From NCBI GenBank assembly GCA_965218695.1, contig OZ244651.1, positions 2,304,001 through 2,368,000 of the forward strand: a stretch of DNA of 64,000 bases, in the 5' to 3' direction. Of the stretch, positions 18,359-28,788 are shown piece by piece. Below the pieces are notes generated by a model. That model did not search any database and had not been told where the DNA came from. It saw only the letters and a list, made by a program, of their open reading frames with translations. Source of the DNA: Nitrosopumilus sp. (GTDB taxonomy: Archaea > Thermoproteota > Nitrososphaeria > Nitrososphaerales > Nitrosopumilaceae). The translations under genes and the position numbers were made by a program. Numbering within the stretch: position 1 is the stretch's first letter; each line of letters starts with the position of its first letter.

Positions 18359-19790
18359 TGTATAGTCCCGAAAGTTGTTCACCCCCCACATGAGGCTCCG
18401 GCCCGGGGTGGACATGCCCAATGAAGGACATTATCCGCGGCATGGCATCGCGTGCAAGATTACTGGGAAATGCAGTCAGCCTGTCCCTTACCAGAAACGA
18501 CGGTGTGTGGGTTTCCCGTCGGTGGAGACGCTCGGCCGTGTGGCGTCATATAGGAAGACGGAGAGTGCGAGTGATGAAAAAGCTTGACCAGTCCAAAGTC
18601 GAATGGATCATACAAGAAAAGCGCAAGAATTCCCGCAACAAAGAGATTGCAGCAAGCATGGGAGTGTCGGTCCGCTGGGTCCAAAAGCTGTGGAAGAGGT
18701 ACAGGGACAAGGATCGGATCGCGTATCCTGCTCCCATGGGCAGGCCCAAAAAGTGCGCGCCCGGGAGGCGGGATCATTCGGCGGTTTTATCGGCTGCGTC
18801 CACTGCAGTCCACGGGGCAGCGTCCCTGGAGCGCATCATAAAGTCGCTTACAGGAATACATATCCCACACAACGTCCTGCACAGGATATTGAAGGATGCC
18901 GATTTTGCAGACACCCAGCCAAGGAAGAGCCAGCGCCGCAAGTGGATCCGCTACGAGCGCGAGCACTCCAACTCGATGTGGCACACAGACTACAAACAGC
19001 TTGACGACGGCAGGTGGTTCCTGTGCTATGAAGACGACGCCTCGCGCTTCGTGACCGGATTTGGGGTATTTGAGGAGGCGACAACCGAAAACGCCCTGAA
19101 GGTGCTCGACGAGGCCATAAAAAATTACGGCAAGCCCGCATCGATCCTGACTGACCGCGGCGCCCAGTTCTATGCCACGGAATCCGAGGTCAAGAAGAAG
19201 GGAGCCTCCAGGTTCGAGCAGAGGCTAGTCGAGCTTGGAATCAGGCACATACTGGCGCGCGTGCGGCACCCCCAAACCAACGGCAAGCTGGAGCGCCTGC
19301 ACGGGGAGATGCAGCGCAAGCTGCGCCGGTTCGAGGCGGCATCTTCTGCCAAGACCAGGCGCGGCGCCTCAGGGGATTCCCACGTTGGAGGGCCGTTTTG
19401 CACCGCGCCAGCAAAGGATCCCGTGGAGCGGTTCATGGAGTGGTACAACCACGACCGGCCGCACATGTCCCTTGACTGGGACAACCTCGAGACCCCGGCG
19501 CAGGCATTCGAAAGAAAGATGCCCCCTGCAGGAGAGATGGTAGTGGACGGCCAGACCGGTGAGGAATACCGCGCAGAATAGCTGTCCGGCACGACGTCAC
19601 AACCGCGCCCCATCCTGGGGGATGTTGCGCACAATTTTTTGAAAGTCGTCATGCGTGGAGTGGAAATGACAAAAATTCATGATTCCGGACGCAGGATCCA
19701 ACACAAGACAATTATGCAACAGCCGGCAACATCAAACATGGAAGTACCTCCAAGTCTTGGAGGGGGGCGAACTACTTTCGGGATCCCACA
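18359..19790 (+). mobile_element. IS481-family element copy 2
   Basis: Same 1432 bp; TSD TTCGGGAGGATGCGA (18344-18358 / 19791-19805). Confidence 0.93.
18574..19581 (+). CDS. IS481-family transposase
   Basis: Protein identical to copy 1. Confidence 0.9.
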   Translation: MKKLDQSKVEWIIQEKRKNSRNKEIAASMGVSVRWVQKLWKRYRDKDRIAYPAPMGRPKKCAPGRRDHSAVLSAASTAVHGAASLERIIKSLTGIHIPHNVLHRILKDADFADTQPRKSQRRKWIRYEREHSNSMWHTDYKQLDDGRWFLCYEDDASRFVTGFGVFEEATTENALKVLDEAIKNYGKPASILTDRGAQFYATESEVKKKGASRFEQRLVELGIRHILARVRHPQTNGKLERLHGEMQRKLRRFEAASSAKTRRGASGDSHVGGPFCTAPAKDPVERFMEWYNHDRPHMSLDWDNLETPAQAFERKMPPAGEMVVDGQTGEEYRAE

Positions 19791-19816
19791 TTCGGGAGGA
19801 TGCGAGTCTGGATCCA

Positions 19817-19888
19817 GCACCGCGTGGACACGGCACCGCGTGGACACGGCACCGCGTGGACACGGCACCGCGTGGACACGACACCGCG
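19817..19888. repeat. Tandem repeat, 4 x GCACCGCGTGGACACG plus a partial unit
   Basis: Directly visible, no spacers. Confidence 0.92.
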
Positions 19889-19977
19889 CAGGCTGCAAAA
19901 TCAGCCCCATGCCAGAATCAGGCCCGGACACATCCGCCATAGGAAAGGTTGATTTAACCAGAGGGATCAGCAACATC

Positions 19978-20283
19978 ATGACTGACATTGATGCCCAGAA
20001 GGACGTCTACCTCTTCCTGCACGGAAGGATGGACCTCAGGGAAAAGGCAGCAGCTGCCCTTGCCACAAAAGGCTTTGCCGCAGACAAGATAGTCATGGCA
20101 ATGCCAGACAAGGTCGGGAAGGTGGGCGACTACATGGCAATGCTGTGGATGCCGCCAAATCCGGATCATATCAAGATCCAGCAGATTACGGGAGTCATCG
20201 ACGTGGAGCCAGAAGGCATGATCGGCCTCTGGAAGGGCGTCTCAAAGGATGACATAGACCAGGTTCCCCTTGGGGCTAGCTAG
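19978..20283 (+). CDS. Hypothetical protein
   Basis: MTDIDAQKDVYLFLHGRMDLREK...; coding-like; upstream part of the track ORF is IS/repeat sequence. Confidence 0.7.
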   Translation: MTDIDAQKDVYLFLHGRMDLREKAAAALATKGFAADKIVMAMPDKVGKVGDYMAMLWMPPNPDHIKIQQITGVIDVEPEGMIGLWKGVSKDDIDQVPLGAS

Positions 20284-20295
20284 CTAGCTAGCTGG

Positions 20296-20547
20296 CTAAC
20301 TGAATCCCGCACCAAACTCGTTTCCTTTTTCCAGCACGTTACCTGATTCGGTGCTCCTGAGCTTTCTGTACAGCAGCGTCTCATAGACCAGCTTCATTGC
20401 AGCCTCGTCATCAAGATTGCAGTCGCTCTTCACCTGGTTCCGGTACTTTGCAAGCACCGCAACGTCATGCTCGTCGGCAGAGACGTGGTCATGAACCATT
20501 AGGTTGGCAATCTTTTCTATCTCGGCATTCAACAGATCATCATCCAT
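20296..20547 (-). CDS. Small hypothetical protein
   Basis: 83-aa ORF with protein-like composition, convergent with previous gene. Confidence 0.65.
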   Translation of the reverse strand: MDDDLLNAEIEKIANLMVHDHVSADEHDVAVLAKYRNQVKSDCNLDDEAAMKLVYETLLYRKLRSTESGNVLEKGNEFGAGFS

Positions 20548-20595
20548 GACAGTCCTCAGAATTCCGGGTTATTAACAGATTCTGTCAGAGGCAGG

Positions 20596-20898
20596 TTACA
20601 GGTCAGATACCAGCCCCAGTACAAAGTCGTAAAACTCATCATCAGAAAAGGTGATCCTCTCAACGACGCCTGTCCCCTCCATGGCAAGCCTTGCAGCATC
20701 CAGATGGTAGCAGGCCGGCCTCCCATGCATGTTGGCAAAGTAGAATCCCGGACACGAGCAGTAGCCTGCCTCGGGGTTTATCCAGCGCTCCTTTCTGCCC
20801 ACGACGGTCCAGACTCGCCTGTTGCTTGGCTCAAAGACGTGCATCTTTACCCTCCTTTGGGACACGATGGACTCGGCCTTTTTGGAATCCCTGCTCAC
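20596..20898 (-). CDS. SWIM zinc-finger protein
   Basis: CSCPG...CYHL (CxCx(n)CxH). Confidence 0.75.
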   Translation of the reverse strand: MSRDSKKAESIVSQRRVKMHVFEPSNRRVWTVVGRKERWINPEAGYCSCPGFYFANMHGRPACYHLDAARLAMEGTGVVERITFSDDEFYDFVLGLVSDL

Positions 20899-20929
20899 AA
20901 GTGTTTAATCGTGGGCGTACGGTATAACC

Positions 20930-21682
20930 TTGATGTCCCAGACAAGGATCGTTCCAGGCAAGCCGGCCCTGATTCTGGAGGGTCAGAAGAGGACCCTGAT
21001 AGTCTCAGACATCCACATAGGGTTTGAAGGCAACATGGCTGCAAACAACATCTTTGTGGGGAAAAACTCCACCATAAACCAGACGATACAGGAGGTGTCA
21101 GGCATGATAGATGCAGAGAGGCCGGATTCGGTGGTGCTGCTGGGGGACATAAAGTCAACCATCAGGGGCATCTCGAGGAGCGAGTGGGAGGAGGTTCCAA
21201 GGTTTCTTGATGAGATCAAGGCAAAGTGCGATGTGGTGGTGGTTCCTGGAAACCACGATGCAAACATCCAGAGGCTGGTCCCTGACGGCGTCACCATGAT
21301 CAGCCAGACAGGGATGGTCGAGGAGAACATCCTGCTGACCCACGGACACACGATGCCTTCTGGGAAGTTCTCGCACGTGGACGGGATCATCATGGGCCAC
21401 CTGCACCCGGTGTTCTTTGAGGAGGGATCGGTGGTCAACGGACAGAGGGTCTGGGTGTCCATAATGGCGCAAAAGGAGTGCATATTCCCGGACAGGTCAG
21501 GCCCGATGGAGATAATCGTCATGCCCTCGTTCAACAGGTACTTTTATGCGACACACAGGGGCGGACACAGAAGATCAATCTCGCCCATCATCGACAGGCT
21601 CGAGGGGTCGATCAGGGCAAGGATAGCGACCCTTGACGGAACCATAATAGGAAACGAGTCGGCCATCGGCCAGGTGCTATAG
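20930..21682 (+). CDS. Calcineurin-like metallophosphoesterase
   Basis: SDIHIG, LGD, GNHD, HGH, GHLHP. Confidence 0.9.
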   Translation: MMSQTRIVPGKPALILEGQKRTLIVSDIHIGFEGNMAANNIFVGKNSTINQTIQEVSGMIDAERPDSVVLLGDIKSTIRGISRSEWEEVPRFLDEIKAKCDVVVVPGNHDANIQRLVPDGVTMISQTGMVEENILLTHGHTMPSGKFSHVDGIIMGHLHPVFFEEGSVVNGQRVWVSIMAQKECIFPDRSGPMEIIVMPSFNRYFYATHRGGHRRSISPIIDRLEGSIRARIATLDGTIIGNESAIGQVL

Positions 21683-21716
21683 CAGGACATGCCGCCCGCA
21701 GATTCCAAGATATTTT

Positions 21717-24700
21717 TTAGTCGAGCCTGTCGTATGGCTCGATGGGCTCCCTTGTGGTCTGGTTTGTCTTGAGCCACTCCAGCGTGTTTACAAACGACTC
21801 TGCAAGCTCGATCGTAGTCAGCACCGGAACGCCAAGCTCCAGGGACTTTCTCCTGATCTGGTACTCGTCTTCGAGCATCCCGACGTACTTTTCAAGCGTG
21901 GAGGTGCTTGGGATGTTTATGATAAAGTCTATGGTCCTCTCGTAGAGAAGATCCGCGATGTTGGGCTTCCTGTCAGGCTCGGATATCTTGTGTACAGTCT
22001 CCACGTCCCCGATCCTCTCCTGGAGAAACTCTGCAGTGTGCTCTGTGGCCAGGATCCGGAACCCCAGATCCCTGAGCTTGGCAACGGTTGCAACAAGGGC
22101 CTTCTTGTTCTGCACGCCGCCCACGGTTACGAGGGCCGCGCCGCTCTTGGGCAGGTTGTAGCCCACCGAGGTGAGCCCCTTGGAGAGGGCATCATAAAAG
22201 CTGTTTCCAAAGCACGCTGCCTCCCCTGTCGACTGCATCTCCACTCCCAGCGTGATGTCTGCCCCCTCAAGCTGCATGAACGAGAACTGCGGGACCTTGA
22301 TTCCGTAGTTGGTTATCTTTTGCCACTTGTTCTCGGGTATCGCAGGCAACGGCATGCCCAGAATCGCCTTGGATGCAAGGGATATCAGGTTGGTCCGGAC
22401 AAGCTTTGAGACAAACGGCATGGAGCGCGAGGCCCGGATGTTAAGCTCGATGACGTACACGTGGTCGTCGTGGATGAGAAACTGCAGGTTGAACGGGCCG
22501 CGCACGTTGAAGGTCAGGGCTATCTTTTTTGCATACTCGTTTATCGTCTCGACTATCTTGTTGCTCAGGCGCCACGGCGGGATGCACATCATTGCGTCGC
22601 CGGAGTGGACCCCGGCACTGTCAATGTGCTCGACTATCGCGCCTATCACTACGCGGCTCCCGTCGCAGACCCCGTCAACGTCCACCTCGAGGGAGTCGAG
22701 CATGAACTTGGATATCACCACGGGATGATCCGGCGAGACGTCGGTGGCCTCCTTGACGTACCTCTTCAGCTCGGCCTGTGACCAGACCGCCTTCATGGCC
22801 GCACCTGACAGGACGTACGAGGGACGGACTATCACGGGGAATCCCACGTCCTGTGCAAAGGATCTTGCCTCGTTCAGGCTCAGAAACTCCTGCCACCGCG
22901 GCTGCTGTATGTGGAGCTTGTCAAGCTCTCCGCTGAACCTTGAGCGGTTCTCTGCCATGTCCACATCACGCGCGCTTGTGCCCAGTATGGGCACGCCGTG
23001 CTCGGCGAGCCCGAGCGTGAGGTTGTTGGCAGTCTGTCCCCCGACACACGTGATGACGCCCTTTGGGTTCTCAAACTCGGTAATGTCCAGGATCCTCTCC
23101 TGGGTCAGCTCCTCAAAGTACAGCCTGGTGCATATGTCATAGTCAGTAGACACCGTCTCGGGATTGCAGTTGACCACGGAGACGTTCTTCTCCCCGTTCT
23201 CCTGGAGTCCCCAGACCATGTTGACTGTTCCCCAGTCAAACTCCACGCTGCTTCCTATCCGGTACGGCCCGGCACCGACTACGACTATTCCCTTCTCGTC
23301 AGGCGATACCCTGATGTCAGAAGAGTCCCCCCCGTACGTCATGTACAGGTAGTTGGTCACGGCAGGCCACTCTGCTGCAAGCGTGTCTATCTGCTTTACA
23401 GACGGCAGCACGCCAAGCCTTTTGCGCAGGGCGCGCACCGAATCCTGCGTGCTGTCCTGTGCACGCGCAATCTGCTTGTCGGCAAACCCCATCCTCTTTG
23501 CACTCCAGAGAAGGCCCGCATCAAGATCCCGGGACCCGAGGGCATCCCCCATGGCCACGATGTTCTTTATCTTTTCAATGAACCACGGATCTATCGCAGA
23601 CAGGTGGTAGATTCGGTCCACCGGTATGCCCATCCTCAGCGCAACGGCCACGTGGTACAGTATGGAGTCGTCATGGTGCGAGAGTTTCTCCTCTATCTCC
23701 TCCTCGTCGTACGTTTTGCCATTCTCCCGGTTCAGGACCAGCCCGTCGCGTCCGATGTCAAGCATGCGTATTGACTTTTGCAGTGACTCCTCAAACGTTC
23801 GGCCTACTGCCATCACCTCGCCTACGGACTTCATCGTGGGGCCAAGCCTCCTGTTGGCAAGCTCAAACTTTGAAAAGTCCCACCGCGGATGCTTGCACAC
23901 CACGTAGTCAAGGGACGGCTCAAAGCAGGCAGTGGTGCTCTTTGTGATTCGGTTGACCAGCTCAGACAGGTTGTAGCCGAGGCCTATCTTGGCAGACATG
24001 TACGCAAGGGGGTATCCTGTGGCCTTGCTTGCAAGGGCAGAGGAGCGCGAAAGGCGGGGGTTTATCTCGATTGCGACATATCTGTCCGAGTCGGGCGCCA
24101 GGGCATACTGTATGTTGCACTCCCCCACGATCCTGACATGCTTTGTGGCGCGCAGGGCAGCCGAGCGCAGCATGTGGTACTCGTGGTTGTCAATTGTCTG
24201 GGACGGGGCAACCACTATGTTGTCCCCCGTGTGCACCCGCATGGAGAGGACGTTTTCCATGTTGCAGACGACTATGTTGTTTCCGTCATAGTCCTGCATC
24301 ACCTCGTACTCTATCTGCTTCCAGTCCCCGATGTACTCCTCTATGAGCACCTGGCCTACCAGGCTTGCCTTGATGCCGCGCTCCACTATCTCGTACAGCT
24401 CGATCTCGTTGTGCGCCACTCCCCCGCCCCTGCCTCCAAGGGTGTAGGCCACACGAATAATCACAGGGTAGGACAGCGCCTCTGCGGCATTCTTGGCGTC
24501 TGCAAAGTTTGTGACCGTCCTGCTCTTGAGCACAGGCATCCCTATCCCGGTCATCGCATCCTTGAAGAGCTGCCGGTCCTCGGTCCTTTGGATCCCCTCT
24601 ACCTGGGTTCCAAGAACGCCGACGCCGTACTTTTGCAGTATGCCGGACTCGGAGAGCCTTACGCCGCAGTTCAGCGCAGTCTGCCCGCCGTATGCCAGCA

Positions 24701-24980
24701 TTATGCCGTCTGGCCTCTCCTTCTCTATGATCGATTCCACATACTCGGGAGTTACGGGAAGAAGGTACACCTGGTCTGCAAACCTGGTGTCAGTCTGAAT
24801 GGTGGCTATGTTCGGGTTGATAAGCACACTCTTCAGTCCGTCCTCACGTATTGCCTTGAGGCACTGGCTACCGGAGTAGTCAAATTGACGGTCGTTTTAG
24901 CGACTCTCGCCGGCTTCTCCGATTTTTATTGCCCCACTGCCCAGTACAAGAATCTTCCTTAGCGACTCATTCTTTGGCAG
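21717..24980 (-). CDS. carB: Carbamoyl-phosphate synthase large subunit; predicted exons 24980-24906 and 24884-21717 (1080 aa spliced)
   Basis: N-terminus (L/M)PKNESLRKILVLGSGAIKIGEAGE joins FDYSGSQCLKA after removing 21 nt; two ATP-grasp modules plus MGS domain intact; CTG start inferred. Confidence 0.9.
24885..24905 (-). other. Candidate 21-nt bulge-helix-bulge mRNA intron in carB
   Basis: AGTCGCTAAAACGACCGTCAA; in-frame TAA; helix GGCG/CGUC with bulges AGA and AAU(UU); cuts after the second bulge nucleotide give GAG-UUU. Confidence 0.82.
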
Positions 24981-26130
24981 AACATCCCTCCTCCTCTTCC
25001 ATAAGGCCTTTGAGCTCTTCAAAGACGAACCTGCAGTCGTACGGGCCTGGCGCGGCCTCGGGATGAAACTGCACAGCAATGCAGCTGCGCGTCTTGTGCC
25101 TTATCCCCTCGACTGTATTGTCGTCTGCGTTTGTAAACCACAAGTCAAACTCGGAACCCTCAAGGGACTCCGGTGTTATGCCGTAGCCATGGTTCTGGCT
25201 TGTGACATATACCTGGTTGTTATCCAGGTTGAGGCACGGCTTGTTCTGTCCCCGGTGCCCGTACTTTAGCTTGTATGTAGCGGCGTTTCCTGCAATTCCC
25301 ATTATCTGCGCACCCAGACATATTCCAAGGGTCGGAACGTCATTGCGTATCAGCTGCCGTACGGTGTCGATGGTCTCTGGACACCTCTGCGGATCCCCCG
25401 GGCCGCTGCTCAGCACCACGCCCCGCGGCCGGTATGACATTACCGTCTCGTACGGGGTGTTCCACGGGAGAAGTACTGCGCGGTATCCTATGTTGCGTAT
25501 GTTTCTCAGTATCGCGTTCTTTGCACCTGTGTCAATCACCACCACGCACTCGGACTCATCCCCGTAGGTCTTTGCCTGCCTTGTGGATACGGCATCCATG
25601 AACTGCTCAGAGCCGTAGTGCGCAGCAGACGCCAGGCCTTCTTGCACCTGCTTGACGTCTATCTCAGAGTCAGAGACTGCAAGTGCTGCCATCATCACGC
25701 CGCCGGTTCTGAGCTTTTTGGTAAGCTGGCGCGTGTCTATTCCAGATATTCCCGGGATTCCCTCCCTGTGCATCCATTGGTCAAGCGTCATGAAGAGGTT
25801 CCAATGGCTTGCGACAAGGGACAGCTCGTGGACCACCAGCCCCCGGACCTGTATCCGGTCAGACTCGAAGAACCTGGGGATTCCGTCGGCATCAACTGCG
25901 CCGGGATCCGGAACGCCATAGTTTCCAACCAGGGGGTACGTGAGTGTCAGGATCTGGCCGTTATACGAGGGATCAGTCAGCGCCTCGGGGTACCCGACCA
26001 TCCCGGTATTGAATACAATCTCGCCAAACCCTGTCGTGGAGCCGCCAAACCCATTACCGTCAAGAGCGGTCCCGTCGTCAAAAACCAGCTTTCCGAACTT
26101 TTGTGCGTGGTTTGATCTTTTTATAGTAAT
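24967..26130 (-). CDS. carA: Carbamoyl-phosphate synthase small subunit (start codon non-canonical or uncertain)
   Basis: KLVFDDG...GEIVFNTGMVGY, GICLG, SQNHG, QFHPE; homology extends about 33 codons upstream of the track ATG. Confidence 0.9.
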   Translation of the reverse strand: MTIKRSNHAQKFGKLVFDDGTALDGNGFGGSTTGFGEIVFNTGMVGYPEALTDPSYNGQILTLTYPLVGNYGVPDPGAVDADGIPRFFESDRIQVRGLVVHELSLVASHWNLFMTLDQWMHREGIPGISGIDTRQLTKKLRTGGVMMAALAVSDSEIDVKQVQEGLASAAHYGSEQFMDAVSTRQAKTYGDESECVVVIDTGAKNAILRNIRNIGYRAVLLPWNTPYETVMSYRPRGVVLSSGPGDPQRCPETIDTVRQLIRNDVPTLGICLGAQIMGIAGNAATYKLKYGHRGQNKPCLNLDNNQVYVTSQNHGYGITPESLEGSEFDLWFTNADDNTVEGIRHKTRSCIAVQFHPEAAPGPYDCRFVFEELKGLMEEEEGCSAKE

Positions 26131-26190
26131 TTTAACCCTCGTTGAGTCCGCAATAATGTGAATTTAAGTTTTATGCCCGGGTTGCCGGCT

Positions 26191-27251
26191 TCTGTTGTAC
26201 AAAAATTAGTTCCGCCCAAGATCAAGCGAACCATGAAGGGTTGCTTGATGATGCTGTACCGCCCGCATCGTGTGAAGAGGACGAGGCTGACCGAGAATGC
26301 AGTCAGATACGCCATACGACGGCAGCAGCAGAAAGGCGAGAATCCCTCAAAGATAGCAGCAGAACTCGGCATGATCCCGGGATACGTGAGAATCCTGTGG
26401 GCCAGTCTCCAGAATACCGGCAGGATCCCGGTTCCGCGCAAGGCGGGACGTCCAAAAGGAACGATTACGCAAGACGCCGTCAGAACCGTGCTGGAGTGGC
26501 ACGGCAGGATGCCTGCAGGCGTGGTGCGCCCCGCCCGACGCCTCAAGGCAGCCAATCAAGGCAGCCAATCAAGGCATAAGCTACGGCGCAGCATACCACC
26601 ATGAAGTCAGAGAACGTGGCAACGCCTTCCCCTGCAAGATCAGGACGTCGCAGGCGGGCGCGATGCGAGCGCAGGTACTCCAATGCGATGCGGCACGTGG
26701 ACCGGCACCAGACCAAGGATCCGCGCCTGAAGGGGCTCAACCCCATAGCGTCTCCGGATGACGCATCCGGGCGCATATCGTGATTTGGCGTGTTCCAGGA
26801 CGCAACCTCAGAATGCCACGCCGGTACTGCGCAAGGCGATGCGCGAGTACGGAGCCCCCGCACAGATGCTGTCTGACAACGGCAGGTGCCTTGCCGCAGG
26901 CAGGATGGGCAGCGGCCCAAGGAAGAGGGGAATCCTACCACGTTCGAGCAGAATCTACTTGACGACGGCATCTTGCCGATAACCACCCGGGCCACACCGC
27001 CCCCGGACCAACGAAGAGATCGAGCGGTTCTTCCGGACATTCGAGGAGGAGTTTGTCCGCTTTGACAGGGCAGGTGAGTTCATGGAGTTCTACAATGAGC
27101 AAAGGACTCGCTCGTCACCTGACCTGAAACATGCCGAGACGCCTCCGAGGGCATTCCACAACAGAAAAGTGCCACATGAGATCAGGAGAGGCAACCCAAA
27201 TGGAGTGAGGGGGGTGCCAATGACTAGCGGAACTGATTTCCACATGATACA
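26191..27251 (+). pseudogene. Degraded IS481-family element
   Basis: Frameshifted fragments KAGRPK, RYSNAMRHVD, DDASG, MLSDNG, EFYNEQR; degenerate IR AAATTAGTTCCGC / GCGGAACTGATTT. Confidence 0.75.
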
Positions 27252-27293
27252 AACCCCACACACACAATAAAACGTTAATACCAGTACCGCGTA

Positions 27294-27917
27294 ATGTGCT
27301 TATTGAACATTTCCAAGATGGATGAGATAATTCTGTCATGTCTCTCCAAGGATGCGAAAATTTCCACCAAGGAAATCGTGATTGAATTCAAGCGTAACGG
27401 CATAACCCGCACTGAGCGGGCTGTCTTGGGAAGAATTCATAGACTGGAACAGGAGGGGATCATCTCTGGGTATACGCTAAAGACCAAACCCCAAAACTAC
27501 GAGGGGAAGATCATCCGATTCGTACTGATATCCTTCAAGACGTCTGAACTGTTCGAGGAACGCGTGGCAATGTTCACAAACTATCTTCATGATGCCCCCT
27601 TTGCTGCCCTTGCAGCCAGGACCAGGGGGGAGTACGACTGGATCAACGTCAAGATCTTCCCAAATACAAAGGTGGCAAACATGGAGAGCGACTCTTTCAG
27701 AACTCTGTTTGGAGACATCATAGACAAGTACATGGCGTTTGACCTGACTCCGATCAAGGGACCGGATTTTGTTCGTGCCGTAAATTACACGATAAGGGAA
27801 TTTTATGAATTTGTAGAAAAATGCATAGGGGTTACTGCCGTAAAAGAAGAAATTTCTTTGAAAGACGTACCTCAGGGAAATAAATACGTCTCAAAGAGCA
27901 ATCTGGAGACAAATTAG
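27294..27917 (+). CDS. Lrp/AsnC-family transcriptional regulator
   Basis: N-terminal HTH DEIILSCLSKDAK...RIHRLEQEGIISGY; GEYDW motif. Confidence 0.75.
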   Translation: MCLLNISKMDEIILSCLSKDAKISTKEIVIEFKRNGITRTERAVLGRIHRLEQEGIISGYTLKTKPQNYEGKIIRFVLISFKTSELFEERVAMFTNYLHDAPFAALAARTRGEYDWINVKIFPNTKVANMESDSFRTLFGDIIDKYMAFDLTPIKGPDFVRAVNYTIREFYEFVEKCIGVTAVKEEISLKDVPQGNKYVSKSNLETN

Positions 27918-28371
27918 TTCGAATATTACCATACATAATGCCAGATTGGAAGCATCGTCTGCCCACATTCTTTGATCCGAGCATGAGTAGAATCAAGATC
28001 GTGCCTGTCAAGGTGCCCATCAGTATCACCCTAAGGCAGCCAAAATGGTAGATTCACACGCGGGCAAGCCGGGGTTGGCGCGTAACTCGGATCCATCTTG
28101 CTCATGCCATGCCTCCTGTAGTGCCTTTGCCGGTACAGTCTGAATGTGCCTGGGCTTCCGTGGCGTGATCCCAGATGGCCTGTCGCCCCACAAAGTCTAC
28201 GCATATTTCAGATCCGATTCAAGTCCGCAGCAGGTACCGTCGTCATACATCATCAGACTACAGGCAAGGTCAATCTTTTCCTCGGAGTAGGCCAAAGACA
28301 CCCTAGCCACACATATTAAAAAACCAGAACAGGGACAAACCTTTAACATTCATTTCCTAGCGATTAGCCAT

Positions 28372-28563
28372 ATGAGTACAAATACTGAGGCGATTACTAA
28401 AAGGCTGGATGTAATAATCTATTTGCTCTTGAAGCAAAACACCCAAGAGAAGAGCACGCCTAAATCAGAAATGATTACCGAACTACGTGAGATGGGACTT
28501 GACCTAGACGTCGTAAAATTCTTTGAAGACACCGGCAGGAAGATACGATGGGGGCACCAATAA
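28372..28563 (+). CDS. Small hypothetical protein (possibly truncated)
   Basis: 63-aa ORF with TTTAA box about 25 nt upstream. Confidence 0.45.
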   Translation: MSTNTEAITKRLDVIIYLLLKQNTQEKSTPKSEMITELREMGLDLDVVKFFEDTGRKIRWGHQ

Positions 28564-28788
28564 CACATCAGAGTTAAGAAAAACTCATTTTCTCATTTTT
28601 ACAACTACAGTCAGGATTATACTTTGCGGCATGCTGACAACAACAGTAGGCGGCATGGCCTTTGATTCCAACTGCCGATGATGCGTCCAGAAAACGCGCC
28701 TGATTGACACGTCTGGACAGTCATGAGGAGGACATGACAATCGCTTCACATGGTTGTAGGCAGAACGGTGAGGCTGGACTAGATGGCA

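Noticed and set aside
19817-19888. CRISPR array
   Set aside because: Units are contiguous with no spacers, and there are no cas genes.
19639-19977. N-terminal half of the 214-aa ORF 19639-20283
   Set aside because: It is made of IS481 end and VNTR sequence; the real gene likely starts at 19978.
21717-24827. carB starting at 24827, or carB as a pseudogene
   Set aside because: The conserved N-terminus is present upstream in frame, and the only lesion is a 21-nt insert obeying BHB cleavage geometry.
24897-24899. Selenocysteine or pyrrolysine readthrough in carB
   Set aside because: The codon is TAA, and readthrough would leave 7 extra residues inside a conserved motif.
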